From contig JAYWIR010000031.1 in the NCBI GenBank assembly GCA_036172245.1, positions 1,612,001 through 1,676,000 of the forward strand: DNA of 64,000 nt. The letters are read 5' to 3'. Both the position numbers and the translations under genes were made by a program. Position 1 is the stretch's first letter; the number at the start of each line of letters is the position of its first letter. The notes under the pieces were generated by a model. That model was not told the DNA's origin, did no database searches, and worked only from the letters and a program-made list of their open reading frames with translations. The DNA is from Raillietiella orientalis. Its lineage: Eukaryota. Shown here piece by piece: positions 1 through 11,964 of the stretch.

Positions 1-958
1 ATCCTTTCCTTCCTTTCTTCCATTTTCCTCCTGGACTCTAACCATCGGGAGGGGAGGGGGAAGAGTCTCCCGGTCGTATGGATCCGCTCTCCCAGCAGCA
101 CCGGAGAGAGAACCCTCTCCCGTTGCCTGGAGACAGGCCACGCGCCGGCCGGCGAAGGAAGGCGAGAGTCATTTCGGATCTTCGCGGTCCTCCCGCCGGT
201 GAGCCGCGAGGACCACGCCCTGCTTGCACCGCCCAAAGCAGCCACGCGCGCGCGCGCGTCCCGCGGTGAGCTGCCGGAGGCGGCGTCCGTCCACCGCCGG
301 ATGCCGCCGAGCCCCGTGGCAACAGAGCCCCTGGGCGGATCGGAAGAAGGAGGGGGGAGTGCTCGAAGCAGCGGTAGGGAGGAACGGCTGCCGTCTGAAG
401 GATCGCCGCCGCCCCCCTGCCTCTCACGCCCGCCTCTTGTTCTTGGTAGAGGGCAGCGGCAGCATCAGCGCGGAAGCCGAGCGACTGAGGTGATCGATGA
501 GCGCAAGCCCTCCCATTCTCGGGACCAGAACGCCTCTGCCCCTCGACCCTTCTCGGAGGAGAAACAGGGAGTGGAAACCTTCGAGGAGAGAAGAGGAGAC
601 GAGGAAGACGTGGGAGGGCCCGGTTCGAAGAAATCCGAGGTCGGCGCCAATAAAAAGGTCCAGCCGGTCAGATCGGCCCTCGGAGTTTCACGGGAGCCGG
701 GAAACGGGCAAAACCCTGGCGGAGGGCCTTTTCCTTGGGAAGGGCGGAGGAGGGGGATCCTCTCTCCCGGAAGTGGGAGGGACCCGCCGTCTCCGTCTGC
801 AGGCGCCTTGCTCCCCTGGAGAGCTCCCGGGTTGGCATCGCGGCGGCAGGACCGCCCACTCCGCCTTCCTCTGCTGGAATTGAGGTGAGCAGCGCCCGCC
901 GCGCCCCCGGACGAGAGGAGCGAAGCTGGAGTTGTTCTTCCTCTCGTTTACTTTCCTG

Positions 959-3734
959 TTAGAGCGTGACCGCTGGGCGGGTCAAGACGATGAAGTCATC
1001 CAGAGAGGGCAGGCGGCAGACACCGTCGGCACGTTGGTAGGGCCGCGTCGGGTCCTTCACCAGCGCTCTCAGCTCTAAGACGTCCAGCCGCACCCTGTCG
1101 TCAGGAATGAGGCACCTCCGGACCACCTCCCTCACCTGGAGGAGGAGGGGAAGGCAACGAGGAAGAGGGGGCGCGCACGGCGCTCACCTACCTTCCAGAA
1201 GAAGACGTCAGATGGCAGGGGTGGGTAGAGGGACCTCTGTATCTGCCGGTACACCAACCGGTTGTCCGAACTCTTCACGAAGAATGGAGATGTCTGCACT
1301 GCCATCTGGGAGAGAGGGCGGGAAGCCAGGCAGGGAGAAAAGGCGAGGGGAGGGGCACAGAGGACACGCCGGACAGAGGGCGCTCCCAGGTCTCGGCCCT
1401 CAGGGAAGGAGGAGCAAAAACGGGTGGAAGGGGTCCCACCCTTTTCTCTCTCCCTTTGCGCACGCAGCACCCTTCCATCTTTCGTGCGGAACCCTCTGCC
1501 GAGGCGCCCTCCCGTGGGGAACTCGACAGGGAGATCTCTCGTGGGTCGTAGGATCTCCTGTGGAGTCAAGAGACAGATTCGTGGAGAGACCTCCTGGGCA
1601 CTACCTGGAAGGAGAGCCCGAGAGAAGCGAGGGCGCAGAGAGATCTTGAAGGCCAAGGGAAGAGGCGGGGCAGGGTTGAAGCTGTGGGGCGAGTAGCACA
1701 GGTAAGGCTCGCGAGGTCAGGAGGGCGCCGGCGGCCGATGTCAGGAGGACGAGTGCTCCCTGGGGCTCTCTTCCCGAAGAACCTTCCCGGGACCTCTTCC
1801 GCCTTCCGATGCCCCTCCCCTCCCGAGGCCGTCCGTTCCAAGTTGCCTCCTCCTCCCTCCAGCCTCGTCCGTGGAAGCCCCATGATTGCCTCGGAAACCC
1901 AGTACATTCCCTCCCTCCCTCGTCCCGCTGCTGCTCCGAAATGTTGGTCCCCCCTTTCCAGGACGCCCTCGCATCTGCTTCCGCGGAGAAGAGCCTCCCA
2001 TTCTTCCGTGTCCTGCGGAAAAGATTGAGGCTGCCGGGAATGGGGGAATGAAAGAAGGGCGGGCCAGGAGCTCCAGGTGAGTAACCTCCAGAAGCCTTCC
2101 CGAAGGGAAGGGAGTTCCAGGAGGACCCAGGTGCAGCGAGTCCTCTTCCCCTCGACAGGAAGTCCGCATACCCTACTGCCACATGGTCCCCTCCTGGCGG
2201 CTACACCGGACGCGCTTCTGGGGATTCCTGAGGCAGGGAAGGGGTGGCGGGTGGGGACCCTGAAGAGGGGAGCAGCAGCAGCAGAGGAGGAGACCGGCAA
2301 TGAGTCTCCAGAAAGCTTCCCCTGCCCCACGGAGTCCACTCGTGAACGCGAGGGTTCCCTAAGCTCTCGAGGCAAGGATGCGTTCGGGGCGGGGGAGCCG
2401 TCGCACGGGGCTCCCGAGGCGGAGTCCTCTCTGTCCGGCGGTCGGAGATTGCCTCGGGTCCCTCTTCTCGCAGTCTCTGCAGGAGCCTCCTGACGCATTT
2501 GTGACTGCCGCGAGCCGGACCGGAGAGAGGTCCCCGAAGCAGAGAGGTGGAGGAGCCCTTGAGTATACTGCTCTAGGGAACCGCGGCGGGCGGGTCGGGG
2601 AAGCAGGGGCTCCTCCGTCCCAAGCGCTCTCTGTAGCCACAAGTCTGGAGTCCCCGGGCGTCGCTAGTGGACGGACGGTGGGCCGCCGGGTCGTGTCGAC
2701 CGACCCTCGAAATGCCTCCGACGTCCTGTGCGTCCATCCCACTCGCGCGCGCGAACCTCGAGCCTGGCTTCACGGGCCGAGCGGGAAGCTGCCGTTTCGG
2801 ACTCTACTGGAGGCAGGCACAACGAGCGACCCCGTTCCCTCCTCCCTTTCCTCCCCCTCCCTTTCGGCGGCGTCCGCATTACCCCATACAGCAGGCAGCC
2901 CATGGACCAGACGTCCATCTTGAAGGCGTAGCCGCGCTCGGAGAGTCTCTCTGGACTCATGTAGCAGGGCGTCCCCAGAAGGAGTGCGACAGGAAGCCCT
3001 TGCGCTTCCCGGAATCCCGTCCCAGTCGAGGTCACCAAACTTCACCACTCCTCCTTGAAGATGAAGATGTTGGACGGCTTGATGTCTTGGGAACGGAGAG
3101 GAGAGGTCGCGAGGCATCCTCTGCTTTCGGGGGAGGGAGGGCCGCTCACCTCGGTGGCAGATGGACTGAAGGTGCATGTAGCTGAGGGCGCAGCAAAGCT
3201 GACAGAAGATGCTCCAGACGAGGCTCTCCGGGACGAGCTTGGCGATGCTTCGGAACGCGTGGATCATCTGCTCCAGGTCACCCCACTCGGCCAGCTCCGT
3301 CACTATGAAGAGATCCCCATCCAGGTGGAAGTGGTCCATGTAGTTCACGATGGTGCTGAAACCTCTGGAACGAGTTCCCCGGGAGCGTTGACCGGACCTT
3401 CTCGCCCCGCTCAACCTCTCCCTACTTCCGGGACAAGGGGAGTAGGAGCAGAAGAAGGAACGGAGGAGGGAAGGAGGGTCGCTCGGAGAGGGCATTCATC
3501 TTCATCAGGTTCACCTCATTCTTGATGCTCACCAGAGAGTTCATGGGCTTGCCGTAGTAGACGCTCTTCCACGCCCTTTTTTTTTTTCATGGCGACCCGC
3601 AGATTGGTCCCTTTGCGACGGGCCAGGTACACCTCGCTGAATTCGCCCCCTCCCAGGATCCGCTCTACGAGCCAGTCCCTGGACAGGTCCCTTTCCGTTT
3701 CGGCCCAACCGGATAGCTCCTTCGCCTGCTGCAT
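959..3734 (-). pseudogene. NEK7-like: Divergent NEK6/NEK7-type (NIMA-related) Ser/Thr kinase gene, 5 exons, disrupted by several small indels as assembled (pseudogene or sequencing errors)
   Basis: Hand-spliced exons: 3734-3500 (ILGGGEFSEVY..VAMKKK, then after a 1-nt shift in an A11 run SIKNEVNLMK), 3364-3150 (IVNYMDHF..LFIVTELAEWGDLEQMI..LVPESLVWSIFCQLCCALSYMH..CHR), 3085-2883 (DIKPSNIFI..GVVKFGDL[G]LGR..GTPCYMSPERLSERGYAFKMDVWSMGCLLY), 1305-1192 (MAVQTSPFF..IQRSLYPPLPSD), 1135-959 (VREVVRRCLIPDDRVRLDV..stop). Colinear with NEK6/7 hallmarks (ELADAGDL, GDLGLGR, GTPYYMSPER, YPPLPSD). Introns are GT-AG except the first donor, which reads AT. The start codon is uncertain. Confidence 0.85.
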
Positions 3735-5699
3735 TCTCGAAGCCTGCGAGTGCTCTGGCCCTGGTGTCGCTGCCGCCTGGTGGAAAATTCCCGAAGCCCT
3801 TTCCGTCGATCCTGGAGGCGGAAATGACCGGGTGATGTGGATCCCGACCACTGCCACAGGCGGAGGCCATCTTGCACGAGGCAGTCTTCAGGACATTCGA
3901 AGCCACCCGCGGGGCCACCTTGCACGCGCAACCCCCGTTGGCGCTCGCCGCTCCTGCTCACGGCTCACACCTTCCTCCTACTATTGGGAACCGTCACGCC
4001 GCCGCCGAGGACAACTTGCTCACCGTGGTAGCGGCAGGGGACAGGAAAGCGGTTTCGGCGCCCGAGATCGTTTCTCTTTCCCCCTCCCGCCTCCGCCTCA
4101 CCCGAAGCAGGGAAAAAGGAAAGGAGGAGACGGTCAGATCTCCTTCCGCGGGAGGTCGCACAGCACAGCGTCCCCGGTTCCACGGTGCCAAGACGCGTCG
4201 TCTGAAGAAGGCGGGGGGGGGGGGAGGGGGAAAGGAAGGGGGGGAAATCTGCGTGACATCAAGGCGCGTATAGACATGGAGGAGGTATGTGCGTACCTCC
4301 GGGCTAGAAATGGGCAGGCCATGAGCGCGCGCGCTCAGCGCCACCAGAGACACCTACAAGAGGCGCTCTCGTTTTAGAAAACTCAACATGGCCGCCCTCA
4401 TCACCTTCCTCTCCCCCTAGCGCTAGATGCGTCCGAGAGGAGTCCATCAGGCACGCGGGGATCGTTTGGAGCCTCGGGGCGATGCTCCGGATGTGGGAGA
4501 GAAGACCTAATGAACCGTAGGGACTTTTCAGAGTCCCCTGGAGGTTTTGCAGCAAGTTCCCCAAGCCTCCCTTGTGGGGTTCGAGGACCTTGTCAGGTGG
4601 TTCACGCTTTTCTCCCCTCCTCTCCTTCTATCCGGAAAAACATCCCATCCAGGCGGGGAAGACGAGGAAAAGGTCATCGTGTTAAAAGCACCATGGGAAC
4701 CGCGGTCTCCAGTCGCCGGAAAGGGTTCGCCAGCTTTCCTAGGAGGTTGCCTATGAGTGACGGGTGCGTCTCTAGGATGTCGAGGCACCTGGGACGCCTC
4801 TGGTGAACGGGAGTAGTCTAGTCCTCGCATGCGTCCGGGTGGATTTTAGTCGCTGCCGTGGCCAGTCGAAGGAAGAGGCCTGGAGCACCAGCACTGGAGA
4901 TCGCGATAGGCTTTCGGGACGGATCCGATGGACTTCAAGATCTTAGAACATCCAGAAAGGGCACGCCTCGAGCCCAGCAGGCTGGTCCTTGCAGCCGGGA
5001 TACGAATCCGGGGAAAGAACGCCGCCCGTGAACCAGGAGAAGCATGCACCCGTGGAGGCAGCGTTCCTACTACACAGGTCTCTTCCCCGAGGTCCTCCTC
5101 CCAGCTCTGCCCGATTGGGAGGAGAATTTAATCGACTCCTCTGCATCTGTCGTATCCTCCCCTTCTGGCGGAGGAGCACGGAAGGGATTGAACGAAACAA
5201 GAAGCGCATCACCAGCTCGGTCCCTCTTACGCGCTGCGGGCGGGGCAGAAATGCAATTCGATCCTCCCCTTGGAGGAACCTGAAGGGGGGGAGCTCGAGC
5301 GTCGCCGAAACAAGAGGACGCGCTTTCTGCGCCTACCGGAAAAAGCAGCCGGTCCCCCCGCCCTACTGGAGCCCTTTCCGATCTGCAACGAAAACGCGGC
5401 CCCGAAATGGGAGAGCCAGTCACGTCCCGGGGATAGCTTCAGGGAACTGTCGGGAAAAAAGGACCCGCATCCTGAGACGAGAACCGTGAGAACTCCATGC
5501 GCTGCGGCTCTGGGAAAGTCCTCCTCCCTTCCGTTCTCTACTGCTGCAACGATTGCGATGTATGTGACCAGTGACTTTTTTTTTTCTTCGTGACCTAACA
5601 AAACCGCTTTGGGTGCACCGCCTTCAGGTGCAACCAACGTTGTCTGATTAGAGGAACGTCTAGGAGCGGGAACGCGCGCGGTAGTTCCTTCCGAGGCGG

Positions 5700-7500
5700 A
5701 AAAGGAAGGCGACTTCCTTGCCTTCTGGTCCGCTCTCACCAGTACTTCCTGCCTGGATCTTTGGACACCCGGTAGTCAGTCTCCTTGTAGAATTTCCTCG
5801 GTACCTGAGGGAAGGAGGAGAGGTAGATTAAGAAGACTCCCAAAGTCGGAAGCATTCGAGCGCGACTGCAGGACTTACCTCGAGGCAGCAGTCCTCGATT
5901 TCCGAGCTGAGAGAGGAGACCGACAGAGGGTCCAGACGGATCGCCTCTCTCGCGGGAGTCAGCCGCTGGAGACACAATACACATCGGTTGGCAAGAAGAC
6001 ATCACCCAGGGCCCGATAAAGAAGGAGAGGACGCGCGCGCATCGGGACTCTCTTCGAGCTGTGTGGAAGGGGTCAGGTAAAAAAAAAAAAAAAAACATCT
6101 CCTGGGCATCCAATCGGAGTGTCCTTCGGTCTCGAGCTACGCGACCTCTGGGGCTGGTCAGGTGGATGAAGGAAAGGATGCGAGCTGGAGCAATGCGGAT
6201 GAAATGGAGCGCCGTTCCCTTGAACCACTAGCACCACCGCCTCCGGTCCGCGATTATTGTTAGTCACACTTTCCCTGGCCCCAGGTCCTTGCATCAACAT
6301 CCCGTCTTCAACGCATCCAGCCAGGGACCAGAGTCCCTCCACTTGCTGCCCTCAACTTTTACTACGCCAGAGTCCAGTCCAACACGCCATTTCCTACGAC
6401 ACCTTCTGATTTGATTTTGACTTTGGCCGCTGGCATGCAACCGAAAGACAACTGGAGGGACGCTGCTTCGCAACCTTCTACGGCTCGAAGCCCTGCAAGC
6501 CAAGCAAGCAAAGCCATTCTTAGAGTCCATTCGAGGTAGACTTATCCACTCTTCTTTGGATTTGTCCATGATGTTCCGATCTTTCTGATAGCGAGCAGCC
6601 ACCAGATCTTCCTGTATTTCTTACTGCCATCCGAGATTGAGGCCACGAGGTGACCTCAACCTGGGATTCCGGTTATCGTTCTCAGGAGAAGAACGAGACG
6701 AGAATGATGCAGCCGAGAACTCCGCGCTCGCTCACAAATCGTTGCTTCCATGTAAAGTGGGCATAGCAAGGAAAAGGGAACGGATCTCTTGCCCATTTAT
6801 TGCCCCACATAAGAAAAGCTTATCCATCCAAAAAGCGAGAACTCGTGGTTCTGTTTACACTTCTTTCCAGACTTCGACTGTTTGTTTCTTTGCCACAGCA
6901 ACACGGGAAGCGATTCAGTTGCACCTCCTGCGGGCGGAACCAACCTACAAAAGCAGCAGCAACTCGCTGGAGCAATACGGCGAGCGTGACCTCGCAAACG
7001 TCACTTCGAATCCTTTATTCGAAGGGACAGCTGATGAGGAAGGACCAGGAAAGTCTTTTCATGCCTTCCTTGCGTTCCTTCCACTGGCTCAAAAAAACAT
7101 CTTGTCTGCATCTCTGGAGGACCCGCTTGCTACGGTTTCTCAGACCGCAGCAGCCCGTACCCGTAGCCTCACAACACAGGTGGGGAGCTGAGAGGCAATC
7201 ATTCACATTCCTTCGTCATCCCTGTTCTGACAAGATCCTGCTTGATGCTCGCGTTCCTCCACGCATGCTGCGCCACATGCATTCCTGGAATTCTTCACGC
7301 TCCTTGCCATTCCAACTACTACCATTCCTTCAAACGGATTGAGGGTAAATGCCGAATATTAAGATTGCAAGTGCTCTGATGAAGAGCACGAGGCAGCGCT
7401 GTTTTTGATGACAGATGCCAAGATCTCCCTCTCGTACGAGCTTTACTTTCGCAGAGATCTCTGGATATTTTCAAGAATGCAAGAAAACCTTCACATGGCA
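5700..7500 (-). mobile_element. Heavily decayed non-LTR retrotransposon (L1/Tx1-like ORF2) remnant
   Basis: Frame-broken traces on the minus strand, in the expected order: 'KRLSWSFLI' (~7060-7030, like RT motif KAxDRVSWxFL), 'WISLPR' (~6550-6530, like the V/I-xLP..GGLG motif), then a T-rich 3'UTR-like tract at ~6095-6079. Boundaries are approximate. Confidence 0.4.
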
Positions 7501-9880
7501 TTCCCATTCTTTTTTCTTTCCCGTTTCTTCTTCCTTCCTTGCTTCCGTACTCTCTAGTCAGGTGAAATCATCACAGAAGGAACCAAATCGCAGAGACCGA
7601 ACTGTCCTCTGTTTTCACGAGACCTTCGGTTCGTTTTTTCCACCCTCTTCTCCTTCAGTAGCATATCTTCGAACGGTCTCGATGAGGTTACGTAGCTTTC
7701 CACTTATTAGGTCGACGAATGTGCCACCATTCTGTCACACAGCCGAGTTCCTCTTCAACCAGATAAGTGCATCCCTCCCTTAACTATTTCCCTCCTCAGT
7801 GTGTTTTTAACATCCAGGGTTCCCGAGATAAAGAGAAGCATGGGAACTTTCCAAGGTCTCCAGTGAAAATTGATCCCAAAGCTGCCTGCATACAAAGGCA
7901 GTTCCTGAACACCTCCACATCACAAGTGGTCATCTCCCAACGGTCTGCGTTGGTTGTTGCGAACGTTCGAAATGCGAATCGCCAGAAAAAAGGCTTTTCG
8001 ATGACGGAAATTGCTAAATTTATCTAAGGATGGAGGATGCTCACCCTCCTGCTTAATTTTCCTTTAGCCCAACGGAAATAGCTTCATTTTCTTAGGATGT
8101 CTTTCGTGTATCTTGAAAACAATAGGCATTGATGGAGGCGAAGCATGGCTTACACAGTAAATATTGGCCAGTCAAAATTTACGGAATTTATTTGAAAAAG
8201 TTATCAAATAACCGGCAAGCAATACAAATTTAGAAGAAACGACTTTCGATCAGTCTACTTGGGTTAGAAGTAGCAATGGATAAGGGCAGGCACATTAACG
8301 CTTACTGATTGCCTGTCAAAACGAGCTTCCCACTAAAGGGGTGAAATGGCTGTGACCAAACCGGCTCTCCGATGAAACTCGTCCTCTTGGGGTCAATTTT
8401 TTCATCGTTGTCCACACCACACTACGCTGGTAGCCACGAATCCTACGAGGTAGGCAACCTCCAAAGAGTGAAAAATCTCGGGGGGAGCAGCCCCATGAAT
8501 CAGCCTACTTTCCGCGCACAACAATCGAAAATGACGTCACGCGTGACGAAAAAAATGGTCGCTTCAACCTTAGGACAACCCAACATCTCATGAGCACGAA
8601 AGCGGAGCAGCTGTTTCGCGATATTCCACGGAATCTCATCAAAATGGTCATGGATGGCAAAGTGGGAAATTTCCTCTTTTCCTCCCTCACCCTCGCTTGC
8701 CCACCGCTTGCCGCCAGTTCCACTTCCGAGCAACGAGCGTTCATAGGAAGGAGCTGCCGAGTGCACGCATCGCGATGGTAACGCGCGACAGCCCCAGCGC
8801 TTGCTACGCCCGCGTCTTGGATTCGTGGGGACAGAAAATTATCACTCGGGGAGGGCAGAGGGTGGACAGACTCGAAGTTCCTCCTTCCCGACGAAAGAGG
8901 TACGCGACAGCAAGGTGGTTCGAAGGAGACGGCGTCCCCGATAGAGCAAGCCGTCTCCGCGAATACACTCACTTGAGAAGGATCTTTCGACCTTCTTTTA
9001 GGGGATTCCTCTCTGTGCTTCGCCAGCGGTTTGCGTGGCTTCAAGATCGGCTTCACCTTGAGGAGGAAACAGAGCAGTCTTTAAGTACAGATGACGTCAC
9101 GGAAACCCATAACGGTCCCGGTATCCCGAGAGCTCGCCTCTCGCGTCGCTGCGGCGGCAGATTCGTCAGCCGAGCTTTTCAACGGTTGGAAGGAAAGGGG
9201 TGGGTGAGTAAGAGGAGGGTATCGCTGACGATGGCTGTCCACAGAGGGGTCTTCATCGTGTTGCCCCTCATCTGAGGAGCGGCGCAGCCTCCTGATATGT
9301 GCGACCTTGGAATAGGACGCATCCGGGGCTCCGGATCTGCACGTCTCAGCGGAAAGTTCTGGAAGCGTTTGGGAAGGGGGGACCACTGGACCGGAAAAGA
9401 AGGCCTTCTCAGCCCCTCGCTCGGTTCGTCCGTGCCTTCCACCGTCCTTCCCTGCTCTCTCCGGTAGTGTTGAGAGCCAAAGCAGAAGGACAGACCCGCA
9501 AGACCGGCAAACTGGTGACTGCCGGTGGTCGCCCGTCCCACCTTCCCTCCTTTTCTTCCCAAGATCCCTCCCTGCTACCGGAGAGTTTGCGAGGGAAAAC
9601 CACAGAAGGAAAGCGAGGGAGCCGGAGCCGCTCGGGGCCCCAAGTCTGGTCGCGGTCTCAGAGGAGGTGAGGATGCCGGGCAGCTCCCCAACCGCCGCCT
9701 CTGACCACCCTGAGAAGAACTCGCATCCCCCAGTAGCAATCGGGTCAGCTACGGATACTTCTTACACTGTGCACTGTGCTACCGCCCGGGAACCCAGAGC
9801 GCAGGCGCCGAACGTTCCCGTTTCCTCCTCTGCCCATGGGCAGTCGCTGAAGGCTCCCCGTGAAGCGCCGCTCATCACAA

Positions 9881-10447
9881 ATGTATGTGCATATGCGTGT
9901 GTACGTGCACATAGTTGTATTTGTGTGCATGTCTTCTCGTATGCGTTTAAATGTACATGTACGTACATTCGTGCACTTTCGTCCTTACATGCATGTGCAC
10001 GTTTTTGTGTATAGATGCACATTTTTGACTGTACTCATGTAAATGTACATGTACGTTTGTACACTTTCGTGTCTAATGTATGCACATTTTTACACATTCA
10101 CGCTTACATATGTGTGCAGGTATATACATGTACGTTTTGTGTGTACTTATGTGCATGTACGCACATATATATATGTGTGCACGTTCTTGATTACATGTGT
10201 GTACACGTTTGTGTGCATAGATTTACCTTTTGGGTGCACTAATGTAGAATTTGGGACACACATACGTGAATACACGTGCGTGCATATATGTTTATGTATA
10301 TATGAATGTTTATTCACATATACATGTGCACACATGCATACCTAGGTATATGCGTACACATGTACATGCATGTGTGCATGTACAAGCATGTACATACGAA
10401 TATAGGTATGTATTCACATATGCCCGCGCCTAGACACACATATGTAC
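9881..10447. repeat. ~570-bp degenerate alternating purine-pyrimidine (TG/CA/TA) low-complexity tract
   Basis: The sequence is dominated by tgtgca/tacatg/tatatg/cacaca units. ORFs across it are Cys/His/Tyr/Val-rich artefacts. Confidence 0.9.
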
Positions 10448-11964
10448 AAGAGGGGCCACGAATCCTCTCCGCCGTAAGCATGTGGTGGTATGAAGAAGAG
10501 GAAAAGAGGCTTCCTCTCTCCTGGATTCGGTCCAGCAAGATGAAACCACCGTCTTCCTTGACCGGCAAGAAATTTGGGGCGCAGTGGAGGGTAGAGGCTG
10601 GTTCTCGGGAGCGAGGGACGTGCGTCCGGCGCCGATTCGCAGGTGCAGGACGGCCAGCGTGGACATGAGGGAGCCCGGGGATGGGAGTGAGGAGTTGCGG
10701 CCAGCGCGTCCCCCCACCCCCTTCCCCATCGGCGATGTGGTCCTCTGCGAAAAGCAAGGCAGGGCCAGGGTTGCCCCTTTTCCCTTCGTCTTCACGGGGG
10801 TGCGAGGCAGCGGGGAGGGATAGCGGAGGGGGAGAATCCGAGAGGTAGGGAAGGAGGAGACTGCAGCCCGGTTCCGACTCACCTCTTTCGCGTCCCTGTA
10901 GGGGGACTTGCGGCGAGGACTCTTCCTCCTCCCGCTGAAGGAGCAGCGACTGGAGCAGCGCGTCCCTTTCACGCCGTTGTCGAAGTTGTCGTATTCTTCC
11001 ATGTAGTGGCTCCTCCTCCTCTCCATCTTGAACTCCTTCTCCAGCCGCTCTATCTAAAAATCCCCGAGGCGTTTCCACCACCTCACGGCACTGCTCTCCT
11101 TCCTGTCTGCGTCACCTCCCCCCTTCCCACCCGCCCCCCGAGTACGCACTGTCCCGCCTTCTCGCGTGCGCCTTGTTCGCGGGGCGCTTTTGCATTTCCA
11201 TCCTTACTCCTTTTTTTTTTTCCTTTCTTGTTAGAGAAAGGAATTCGCGGCGCCTGTGGAGACCCAGGCGGGATTGTCCATCCCCTCGAAACGGTTTTCC
11301 CCTGGACCACTACTTCCTTTCTTCCGGACCATTCCGAAGGACCAGGGGGGGAGGAACCCGACGCGGCGGCGCGTCTTGAGGCGATTGAACGCGATCTCCC
11401 CCCCCTTCCTCCCCCTGGTGGATCCCGCGCGCGACCACGGCGATGGCGCGGCGTACTTTTTTCTGCAGGTCGCGGTACTTGTCCTCGCAGACGCTCTGTT
11501 CCCGGCGCCGGAACTCCCTGCAGCTGTCAGAATCGCAGGACGGGGAATGCCGCCTGCCGCTGCAGCCTCCTCCTTCGGCTCTGACTTGCTTCCTCCACGA
11601 GGACCTCGAGCGGCAGTCCCAGTACTTTTTCATGCTGTCCTCCTGGTGGCGGCAGAGGAAAGAAGGAGCGGCGGCGTGTCCGCAACCACCGCCGGAGGAG
11701 GGAGACACCCACCTGGTCCACGTTGCGCCTCCTCCTCGCGAAGTACATGCACATGAAGAGCACGCAGACAAGAGTCAGCCCCACCACGCCGCAGACCACG
11801 AGCAGCTGGTGCTGCTCGAGCAGGCTGAGCGCTTCCTCCTCTCTGTCTTGCACCTTGGAATGGAAGGCCGCCGCCGTCAGCGACGGAGGCGGCGGCGGCG
11901 GCAGTGAGGACCTGGTCCTCCCTTTCGTCGCTGCCCTGAATCCCCCCTGGGGGCGCTTCTCCAT
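10430..11964 (-). CDS. Putative multi-exon single-pass membrane protein with Arg/Ser-rich cytoplasmic tail, no recognised family
   Basis: Three consecutive open phase-0 exons joined by GT-AG introns: 11964-11713 (TM LLVVCGVVGLTLVCVLFMCMYFA followed by RRRR), 11642-11457 (EDSMKKYWD..KYRDLQKK) and 11053-10883 (IERLEKEFKMERRR..SPRRKSPYRDAKE, donor GTGAGT). Possible last exon 10597-10430. The 5' end may extend upstream (acceptor at 12002-12003). Confidence 0.5.

Noticed and set aside
38..962. Overlapping 60-229 aa ORFs with several GTGAGC donor-like sites, possibly the 3' part of a + strand gene
   Set aside because: The sequence is GC-rich with open frames on both strands. No motif was recognised and I could not build a consistent exon chain.
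3365..3499. First NEK intron begins with AT, a possible U12/AT-AC intron
   Set aside because: It lacks the ATATCCT U12 donor and ends in AG. A G>A change or base-call error in GTGAAT is simpler.
8372..9670. Several 100-190 aa ORFs
   Set aside because: No recognisable domains or splice structure; probably decayed repeat sequence.
9667..10668. Cys/His/Tyr/Val-rich ORFs
   Set aside because: These are translation artefacts of the alternating purine-pyrimidine tract.
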